DNA from: an uncultured Pelagibacteraceae bacterium
Lineage (GTDB): Bacteria > Pseudomonadota > Alphaproteobacteria > Pelagibacterales > Pelagibacteraceae
NCBI GenBank assembly: GCA_902574215.1
Contig: CACGMR010000002.1
Location: 16,693-80,692 of the forward strand
Length of the DNA: 64,000 nucleotides
Reading direction: 5' to 3'
The notes below the pieces were generated by a model. That model searched no databases, had not been told where the DNA came from, and was given only the letters and a program-made list of their open reading frames with translations. Numbering within the stretch: the first letter of the stretch is position 1; each line of letters opens with the position of its first letter. Shown one piece after another: positions 56,959 through 64,000 of this stretch. A program made the translations under genes and the position numbers.

Positions 56959-57999
56959 ATGAAAAAAGATCTTATTACTAGATTAAATGAAGGACCTATT
57001 ATGTGTGCAGAAGGATATCTTTTTGCAATGGAAAGAAGAGGTTATCTTTCAGCAGGTCCATTTGTTCCAGAAGTAGTTTTAGAGCATCCTGAGGTAGTAA
57101 CTCAGTTACACAGAGAATTTATTAGAGCTGGATCAGATGTTGTTCAAGCATTTACTTATTACGGTCATAGAGAAAAGCTTAGAATAATTGGTAAAGAGCA
57201 TTTGTTAGAACCAATGCAAAAAAATGCGCTTAAAATTGCAAAAGATGCTGCTGCTGAGTTTAAAGATTTAGATTTAATGGTTTGTGGAGATGTAGCTAAT
57301 ACAAATGTATTTGATCCTGGTGATGCTAATACTCATAAACAATGTCAACAAATGTATGAAGAACAGGTAGCTTGGGCGAAAGAAGCTGGTGTTGATTTTG
57401 TAATAGCAGAAACAATAAATTGGACAGAGGAAATGAAAATAGCATTAAAAGCAATTAAAGATGCAGGATTAATTGCTGTTTGTAATTTTGCAATTCCTAG
57501 AGGAGACAAAACTAGAGAAGGTCATAGTGCTGAAGATGCTTGCAAAATGATGGAAGATTTAGGTGCAGATGTAGTTGGTTTAAATTGTTATCGAGGACCT
57601 GAAATGACAATGAAACTTTTGAAAAAAGTTAGAGACAAAGTTTCATGTCATGTTGCTGGACTTCCAGTACCATACAGAACAACAGAGGAAGAACCTGGTT
57701 TTCTAAATATAACTGATCATGGTTGCAATTGTATTCCAGGAGGAAATGCATTCCCAGTAGCTTTAGATAATTTGTTTTGTAACAGATTTGAAATGGCAGA
57801 GTTTGCAAAAGATTGTGTTCAGAATAAAATAAATTTTATTGGTATATGTTGTGGAGCAGAGGCACATCACGTAAGAGAAATGTCAGTTGCAATTGGAAAA
57901 AAACCAATTTCAATGAAATATATGCCTGATATGAGCAAACATTTCCATCATGGTACTGATAAGTCTTTGAAAAAAGTAAATAAGGAAATCAAATACTAA
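56959..57999 (+). CDS. bhmT: Betaine-homocysteine S-methyltransferase
   Basis: FAMERRGY..AG.F.PE, LHREFIRAGSDV.QAFTYY and GLNC/GICCG zinc ligands. Confidence 0.85.
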   Translation: MKKDLITRLNEGPIMCAEGYLFAMERRGYLSAGPFVPEVVLEHPEVVTQLHREFIRAGSDVVQAFTYYGHREKLRIIGKEHLLEPMQKNALKIAKDAAAEFKDLDLMVCGDVANTNVFDPGDANTHKQCQQMYEEQVAWAKEAGVDFVIAETINWTEEMKIALKAIKDAGLIAVCNFAIPRGDKTREGHSAEDACKMMEDLGADVVGLNCYRGPEMTMKLLKKVRDKVSCHVAGLPVPYRTTEEEPGFLNITDHGCNCIPGGNAFPVALDNLFCNRFEMAEFAKDCVQNKINFIGICCGAEAHHVREMSVAIGKKPISMKYMPDMSKHFHHGTDKSLKKVNKEIKY

Positions 58000-60404
58000 T
58001 GGAAAAACATGCGAAAGTAGTAATCATAGGAGGCGGTGTAGTAGGTTGTTCTATCCTTTACCATTTATCTAAATTTGGATTAAAGGATTGTATTTTACTT
58101 GAGAGAAACGAACTTACTTCAGGCTCGTCTTGGCACGCAGCGGGAAATGTTCACGTGATTTCATCTGACCCTAATATCTCTAGGATGATGGCTTACACGA
58201 TTGGCCTATATAAAGAGATAGAAAAAGAGTCCGGTCATTCTGTTGGCTTTAAACCTAGTGGAGGATTTTATTTAGCATCAAATGAAGTGTGGGCTGATTA
58301 TTTAAAAAGAGAAAGATCAAAAGCAAGATATATGGGACTTGATCAAGAGTTTATTTCTTTAGAGGAAGTAAAAAAAAAACATCCTTTAATTGACCCATCT
58401 AGATATTTGTTAGCCTTGTGGGATCCTATTGATGGTGAAGTTGATCCATCAGGAGTTACTTACGCTTTTGCAAAAGCTGCAAAAGTTCATGGCGGAAAAT
58501 ATTATACTCACACTGTTGTTAAAGATACGATACAAAAAGAGGACGGAACTTGGGAAGTATTTACCGACAAAGGAAATATAAATGCTGAAATAGTAATTAA
58601 TGCAGGTGGTTTGTGGGCAAGAGAAGTCGGTCAATTAGCGGGATTAAATCTTCCAGTTCAACCAATGGAGCATCATTATTTAATCACTGAACCTATTCCA
58701 GAAATTGAAGCGATGGGTGATCAAAGACTGCCTATTGGAACAGATTTTGAGGGAAATATTTATTTTAGACAAGAAGGTAAGGGAATGTTGCTTGGAACTT
58801 ATGAGCCAAAATCAACTCCTTGGAAAGTAGAAGGAACACCAATGAATTTTGGTCACGAGCTGCTTGAGCCAAAGTTAGATAATATTGAAGATAGATTGGC
58901 AATTGGGTTTGAGAGAATGCCAGCATTAGAGCGGGCAGGAATAAAAAATATTGTTAATGGACCTTTTACTTTTGGTCCAGATGGAAGTCCTCTGATTGGT
59001 CCAGTTCCAGGAATGAAAAATTATTGGGTTGCGGTTGGTGTCATGGCTGGATTTTGCCAAGGGGGTGGTGTTGGAAAATGTATTGCTGAATGGATTATTG
59101 ATGGTGAACCTTCTATTGATGTTTGGGCAATGGATGTTGCTCGTTTTGGAGATTATGCATCCCCTCAATATGGAACAATAAAATCTTCAGAAAATTATGA
59201 GCGAAGATTTATTATGACTTTTCCAAATGAAACTTTACCAAAAGGAAGAAAACAAAAAACTACTGCACTTTATGATCGTTTTGTAAATCAAGGTGCTGTT
59301 ATGGGAGATAGTTTTGGATTGGAAAATGTTTTGTGGTTTGCAAACAATAAAGAAGATGCACACGAAGAACCTACTATTAAAAGATCGAGATCACACGACT
59401 ATGTTTCAAAAGAAGTTATTAATGTAAGAGAAAATGTTGGTTTAATCGAGGTTGCTAACTTTTCAAAACATGAATTCAAAGGTCCAGATGCTAGAAAATT
59501 TTTAGATCATATAATGGCTGGAAGACTCCCAAAACCTGGAAGAATATCTTTATCACCAATGTTATCATACAGAGGAAAATTATGTGGTGATCTAACTGTG
59601 GCATGTTTAGATGAAAATGAATTTATGGTATTTGGCTCTGGCGCTGCTCAAGAAATGCATAGACGTTGGTTTGAAAGTCACTTAGATAAATTTAATTTAA
59701 ATTATAAAAATAGATCTGATGAGTTCCATGGATTATCAATTGCAGGACCTAATTCAAGAAAGGTTTTAGAAAAAATAGTAAGAGATGATGTTTCAAATGA
59801 AAAATTTAAATTTAGAGATTCTAGAAGGATGTTTGTTGGAGGAGTTCCAGCAATAATAAATAGAATTTCATTTACTGGCGAACTCGGATATGAAATTTAT
59901 GTAGCACCTCACTATCAATTAAAACTTTACGAAGAATTAATGGAAGCTGGAAAAGAATTTAATATCAAACCCTTTGGTGGAAGAGCATTAATGTCAATGA
60001 GGTTAGAGAAAAATTGGGGAGCTTGGACTTTAGATTATAGACCAGATTTTACTGCTAAAGAAACAGGATTAGATGTTTTTATTAATTGGGATAAAGAGTT
60101 TATTGGTAAAGAAAGTGCGCAAAAGGAAAATTCTTCAAACAAACTTATACCTTTAATTGTTGAAACCAATGATATTGATGTAACAAATAACGAAGCTGTT
60201 ATGAATGGAGATCAAAGTATAGGTTACGTTACTTCAGGTGGTTTTGCACATTTTGTAAACAAGAGTGTTGCTTTTACTTTTGTTGATCAGGATAAAATTA
60301 AATCTGAAAATAAAGTTCAAGTAGAAATAAATGGAGATTTATTTAATTGCTCAATTATTAAAGAACCACTTTATGATCCAAGTGGTCAAAAAATGAGAAG
60401 CTAA
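57999..60404 (+). CDS. Dimethylglycine dehydrogenase-like (FAD domain plus GcvT domain)
   Basis: GGGVVGCS, LTSGSSWHAAG (covalent-FAD His), NGPFTFGPDG and RISFTGELGYEI; 801 aa. Confidence 0.88.
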   Translation: MEKHAKVVIIGGGVVGCSILYHLSKFGLKDCILLERNELTSGSSWHAAGNVHVISSDPNISRMMAYTIGLYKEIEKESGHSVGFKPSGGFYLASNEVWADYLKRERSKARYMGLDQEFISLEEVKKKHPLIDPSRYLLALWDPIDGEVDPSGVTYAFAKAAKVHGGKYYTHTVVKDTIQKEDGTWEVFTDKGNINAEIVINAGGLWAREVGQLAGLNLPVQPMEHHYLITEPIPEIEAMGDQRLPIGTDFEGNIYFRQEGKGMLLGTYEPKSTPWKVEGTPMNFGHELLEPKLDNIEDRLAIGFERMPALERAGIKNIVNGPFTFGPDGSPLIGPVPGMKNYWVAVGVMAGFCQGGGVGKCIAEWIIDGEPSIDVWAMDVARFGDYASPQYGTIKSSENYERRFIMTFPNETLPKGRKQKTTALYDRFVNQGAVMGDSFGLENVLWFANNKEDAHEEPTIKRSRSHDYVSKEVINVRENVGLIEVANFSKHEFKGPDARKFLDHIMAGRLPKPGRISLSPMLSYRGKLCGDLTVACLDENEFMVFGSGAAQEMHRRWFESHLDKFNLNYKNRSDEFHGLSIAGPNSRKVLEKIVRDDVSNEKFKFRDSRRMFVGGVPAIINRISFTGELGYEIYVAPHYQLKLYEELMEAGKEFNIKPFGGRALMSMRLEKNWGAWTLDYRPDFTAKETGLDVFINWDKEFIGKESAQKENSSNKLIPLIVETNDIDVTNNEAVMNGDQSIGYVTSGGFAHFVNKSVAFTFVDQDKIKSENKVQVEINGDLFNCSIIKEPLYDPSGQKMRS

Positions 60405-61030
60405 TGGCACAAAAAGACGTAGGAAACAAAATTCCAATTTATAAACTTAAAACCACCGATGAAGTCATGAAGTACTACGACGAGTGGGGAGATAAAGATA
60501 AGTATAATAAAGATATGGTTGATTGGAACTATACAGGCCCAAAGGAAACCGTAGCAACTTTCAATAAGCACGAAAATGATAAAGATACACTAATCTTTGA
60601 TGCAGGCTGTGGAACAGGTCTAGTTGGAGTTGAGTTAAAAAAATATGGGTTCAAAAATTTTCATGGAGCCGATTTATCTCAAACTTTATTAGATACTGTA
60701 CCAAAAGACCTTTATCAAAAATTAGTAAAAGTTGATTTAAATAAACCAATAGAAGTTGAGGACAACTTTTATGGTGGAGTTATGTGTGTTGGAACATTTA
60801 CTTTTGGGCATGTAAAACCAAATGCATTAGATGAATTTATAAGAATAACAAAACCAGGTGGTTTAATTTGCTTCACGATTAATGAAGGTATTCATGAAGA
60901 GTATGGTTTTGATAAAAAAATTGATATACTCAAAGATAGCAATAAGTGGGAAGAAGTAGAATTTTTTAAATCTGACTATATTGCGAGCAAAGATGTTAAC
61001 GCATGGTTAGGGTTGTATAGGGTATTATGA
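60404..61030 (+). CDS. Class I SAM-dependent methyltransferase
   Basis: YYDEW, FDAGCGTGLVG, GADLS, GTFTFGH and RITKPGG. Confidence 0.9.
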   Translation: MAQKDVGNKIPIYKLKTTDEVMKYYDEWGDKDKYNKDMVDWNYTGPKETVATFNKHENDKDTLIFDAGCGTGLVGVELKKYGFKNFHGADLSQTLLDTVPKDLYQKLVKVDLNKPIEVEDNFYGGVMCVGTFTFGHVKPNALDEFIRITKPGGLICFTINEGIHEEYGFDKKIDILKDSNKWEEVEFFKSDYIASKDVNAWLGLYRVL

Positions 61031-62262
61031 GATTTAGTAGAAAAATTGCTCCTGAAATAAAACCAAGACAAAATTTTATTACTAAAAAAAGATTAAGAGA
61101 AGATGAGATAAATTTCGATAAGTTAAGATCATACCGTTTAGATAGGGTTAGAAAAGAATTAGTAAAAAATAATTTAGAAGCTTGTATTCTCTTTGATCCG
61201 GTGAATGTTCGTTATGCTTTAGATACAGTCAACATGAGTGTTTATAATATGCATAATTTAACAAGATATTGTTTTGTTCCTGTAAATGGACCAACAATTC
61301 TTTATGAGTATTTTAATTGTGAAATATTATCAAAGCATTTAAATCTAATTGACGAAATAAGACCCGCAATCACATGGGATTATTTTAGCAATGGAGATCA
61401 AGCAAATTTACAATTATCAAAATGGATAAATGAAGTTAAAGATTTATCAAAAAATTATTTTAAAACAAAAAAGATTGCAATCGATGTTTTAAATGGTCCT
61501 GCGGTTACAGCTTTAAATAAAGAAGGAATTGAAGTTGTAGATGCAAAATTGATTTTAGAACAAGCAAGAGTAATAAAATCACCTGATGAATTGACTTGTA
61601 TGAAAGCAGCAATAGAAGTTGCAGAAAAAGGTGTATCAAAAATGAGATCAGATCTTAAACCAGGAATGACTGAAGATGAATTGTGGTCAATTTTACATAA
61701 AACGAATATTGAAAATGGAGGTGAGTGGATTGAGTGTAGGATTTTATCTTCTGGTGAAAGAACAAATCCATGGATGCAAGAGAGTAGTAATAAAGTAATG
61801 CAACAGGGAGAAATTGTTGCTTTTGATACAGATATGGTTGGTCCCTATGGATACTGTGCTGACATATCAAGGGCCTTTGTAGTTGGACATAAATTTAATG
61901 ATGAGCAAAAAAAACTATATTCAATGGCTAGAAATCAAATTGATCATAATTTTAGATTAATAAAACCAGGAATGAGTTTTAAAGAATTTATAAAAAAATC
62001 TTGGGTTTTGCCTGATGAGTATTATGGAAATAGGTATTCATGTATGGTTCATGGAATTGGGTTGTGTGATGAGTGGCCTCAAATAAGATATCCAACTGAT
62101 GGTGGAGAAGAAGGTGGAACTTTTGAGAAGAACATGACAATTACACTTGAGAGTTATATTGGTAAATTTGGTGGTAAAGAAGGTGTAAAACTTGAACAAC
62201 AGTATCTTGTAGGTGAAAATGGACTTGAATTAATGTCCCATCATCCGTTAGAAGATATTTAA
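61027..62262 (+). CDS. dddP: DddP-like M24 metallopeptidase-fold enzyme (DMSP lyase-like)
   Basis: YRLDR, LFDPVNVRYA, GGEWIECR..SSG.RTNPW.QE, AFDTD, ADISR, HGIGLCDEWP, ESY and VKLEQQ. Confidence 0.7.
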   Translation: MRFSRKIAPEIKPRQNFITKKRLREDEINFDKLRSYRLDRVRKELVKNNLEACILFDPVNVRYALDTVNMSVYNMHNLTRYCFVPVNGPTILYEYFNCEILSKHLNLIDEIRPAITWDYFSNGDQANLQLSKWINEVKDLSKNYFKTKKIAIDVLNGPAVTALNKEGIEVVDAKLILEQARVIKSPDELTCMKAAIEVAEKGVSKMRSDLKPGMTEDELWSILHKTNIENGGEWIECRILSSGERTNPWMQESSNKVMQQGEIVAFDTDMVGPYGYCADISRAFVVGHKFNDEQKKLYSMARNQIDHNFRLIKPGMSFKEFIKKSWVLPDEYYGNRYSCMVHGIGLCDEWPQIRYPTDGGEEGGTFEKNMTITLESYIGKFGGKEGVKLEQQYLVGENGLELMSHHPLEDI

Positions 62263-62672
62263 TGAAAATTATTTTAGTAATGGGTTTACCTGGAGCAGGT
62301 AAAACAACTCTAGCAAATGAAATGGCACCACTCTTAAATGCAAAAAGATTAAATGCAGACGAGGTAAGAAAAGCTGCAAACGATTGGGATTTTTCAGAAG
62401 AAGGAAGGGTAAGACAAGCAAAAAGAATGGCTGAAGCAGCTTTAAAATTAAAAGCAGAAGGTCATTATGTAATTGCTGATTTTATTGCACCAACCCCTGA
62501 AGCAAGAAAGTTATTTCCAGCAGATTTTAGAGTTTGGGTCGACACAATTAAAGAAGGTAGATTTGAAGATACTAATCAAATGTTTGTTAATCCTAAGAAT
62601 TTTGATTTTCATGTAACAACTCAGGATGCAAAAAATTGGGCACCAAAAATAATAGAGGAGATAAAAAAATGA
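62262..62672 (+). CDS. Small P-loop kinase, adenylylsulfate-kinase-like
   Basis: MGLPGAGKTTLA, LNADEVR..DWDFSEEGR.RQA and ADFIAP. Confidence 0.8.
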   Translation: MKIILVMGLPGAGKTTLANEMAPLLNAKRLNADEVRKAANDWDFSEEGRVRQAKRMAEAALKLKAEGHYVIADFIAPTPEARKLFPADFRVWVDTIKEGRFEDTNQMFVNPKNFDFHVTTQDAKNWAPKIIEEIKK

Positions 62673-63043
62673 CACACCAATGGGATAACAAAAAACCAAC
62701 AGCACAAATGCTAGGAAGATGGCAACCTTTTCATGATGGACATTATACTTTGTTTAAAGAAATTATTAAAAAAACTGGACAAGTTTGTATTCAAATTAGA
62801 GATGTACAAGGTGTTGATGATAATCCTTTTGATTTTGAAACAGTTAAAAAAAACATTGAAGACAGATTAAATCCTGAATTTGAAGGACAATTTAAAATTA
62901 TGTTAGTGCCTAATATTACAAATATTTGTTATGGTAGGGGAGTTGGATATAAGATTGAGGAAATAGTTTTGGATGAAGAAACTCAAAAAATATCAGCTAC
63001 TAAGATAAGAGCAAAAATGAGAGAAGAAGGAAAGTTAAAATAA
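62669..63043 (+). CDS. HxGH nucleotidyltransferase (cytidylyl/adenylyltransferase-like)
   Basis: GRWQPFHDGH, DNPF and ISATKIR; ATG at 62669 after GAGGAG, ATGA overlap with the kinase. Confidence 0.82.
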   Translation: MTHQWDNKKPTAQMLGRWQPFHDGHYTLFKEIIKKTGQVCIQIRDVQGVDDNPFDFETVKKNIEDRLNPEFEGQFKIMLVPNITNICYGRGVGYKIEEIVLDEETQKISATKIRAKMREEGKLK

Positions 63044-63049
63044 AATTAA

Positions 63050-63901
63050 ATGAACGATAGACTTAAGACTATTGTAGATTTAGAAAAATATCCAATACAC
63101 GATTTAAATTCACCAATAATTAAAAATCTAGTTAAAAAATGTAAAGAAGAACTGGATCAATATAGCTGTTCAACAATTCCAAATTTTATTTTACCTAAAT
63201 CACTTAAGATAATGAATTCTGAGTTAGAAAAACAATTAGATGAAGTTTATATGTCTAAAGAGAGTATAAATGCTTATTTGTATGCAAAGGATGATCCCTC
63301 ATTACCAAAAGATCATCCAAAAAGAACTTTTATGAATAGATATAATGGATATTTAAATTCAGATTGTTTTCCAAAAGATTCCGAAATGAAATATTTATAC
63401 GAAACAGAAGAACTTTTAAAATTTGTATCTGCTTGTTTAGGTATTTCACCTATTTACAGATGGGCAGATCCCTTAGCATGTCATGCTTATAATGTTATGA
63501 AACCAAATGGAGTACTCCCATGGCATTTTGATAGTTGTGAATTTACACTTAGTTTAATGATACAAAAACCTGAGAAGGGGGGTGTATTTGAGTATTGTCC
63601 AAATATTAGAGAACCTGGAAATGAAAATTTCGAAGAAGTTCAAAAAGTTATAGAAGGAGATAGAACCAGAGTAAGACAATTGAAGTTAGAGCCAGGAGAT
63701 TTACAAATATTTAAAGGTAGATTTACTTTGCATAGAGTAACAAAAGTTGAAGGTCAAAAATCAAGATATATGTGTATTCCAGCATATGTTTTAGATCCAT
63801 GGAGAGTAAATACACCAGAACATTCCAAAGCTATTTATGGCAAAGTTTTACCAATTCATATAGAAAGAAATCAGGCTAGATCTGACGGATTAACTGATTA
63901 A
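63050..63901 (+). CDS. Fe(II)/2-oxoglutarate oxygenase (BesD/ArpA-like fold, hydroxylase-type HxD)
   Basis: WHFD...GGVFEY.PNIR...PGDLQIFKGRFTLHRVT..R. Confidence 0.78.
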   Translation: MNDRLKTIVDLEKYPIHDLNSPIIKNLVKKCKEELDQYSCSTIPNFILPKSLKIMNSELEKQLDEVYMSKESINAYLYAKDDPSLPKDHPKRTFMNRYNGYLNSDCFPKDSEMKYLYETEELLKFVSACLGISPIYRWADPLACHAYNVMKPNGVLPWHFDSCEFTLSLMIQKPEKGGVFEYCPNIREPGNENFEEVQKVIEGDRTRVRQLKLEPGDLQIFKGRFTLHRVTKVEGQKSRYMCIPAYVLDPWRVNTPEHSKAIYGKVLPIHIERNQARSDGLTD

Positions 63902-64000
63902 ATGACAAGCAATATAAAAATTAAAAAAATTAATAAAGAAATTTCATCAATTATTATCGATGAACCAAAAACTTATAATTCTTTATCATTTAAAAACCTT
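63902..64000 (+). CDS. Probable enoyl-CoA hydratase/crotonase, N-terminal fragment
   Basis: MTSNIKIKKINKEISSIIIDEPKTYNSLSFKNL resembles the I.L.RP...NAL crotonase start; truncated by the window end. Confidence 0.55.
   Translation, partial: MTSNIKIKKINKEISSIIIDEPKTYNSLSFKNL

Noticed and set aside
723-62705. Numerous short antisense or nested ORFs in the track (e.g. 723-923, 12412-12774, 28118-28486, 39434-39895, 50907-51191, 62511-62705)
   Set aside because: They lie within confidently identified genes and show no motifs; shadow ORFs.
63050-63901. Radical halogenase (BesD/HalD) call
   Set aside because: The HxD carboxylate is intact (WHFD), which indicates a hydroxylase.
1-64000. CRISPR arrays, tRNA/rRNA, IS elements, integrases, prophage or defence systems
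   Set aside because: No repeat-spacer periodicity, cloverleaf or rRNA-like GC-rich segment, transposase or phage structural gene was seen; coding density leaves little room.

Overview
Very AT-rich, gene-dense window with minimal intergenic spacing, consistent with a streamlined marine alphaproteobacterium, most likely SAR11/Pelagibacterales (inferred from composition and gene set). After a housekeeping stretch (argE, csaA, acnA, yfgM-like/bamB-like, zapE, photolyase), about 50 kb is devoted to methylated-amine, C1 and osmolyte catabolism. This includes tmm (TMA to TMAO), tmoXWV and tdm (TMAO uptake and demethylation to DMA), gmaS, mgsABC and a sarcosine-oxidase-type heterotetramer with Mgd-like motifs (N-methylglutamate pathway), fhs, a divergent Amt, a GcvT/MetF-like demethylase module with ProX/ProW, and a long Rieske-BHMT-DMGDH-methyltransferase-DddP-like operon. 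The main gap is dimethylamine to methylamine: no DmmDABC or TMA/DMA dehydrogenase is visible. An uncharacterised FAD oxidoreductase and a second, atypical glutamine-synthetase-fold ligase sit between tdm and mgsABC and are the best candidates for an undescribed DMA route. A shared AT-rich motif in three methylamine promoters, next to a small winged-helix protein, suggests a matching regulon. No rRNA, tRNA, CRISPR or mobile element was recognised. All calls are by-eye motif recognition without database searches.
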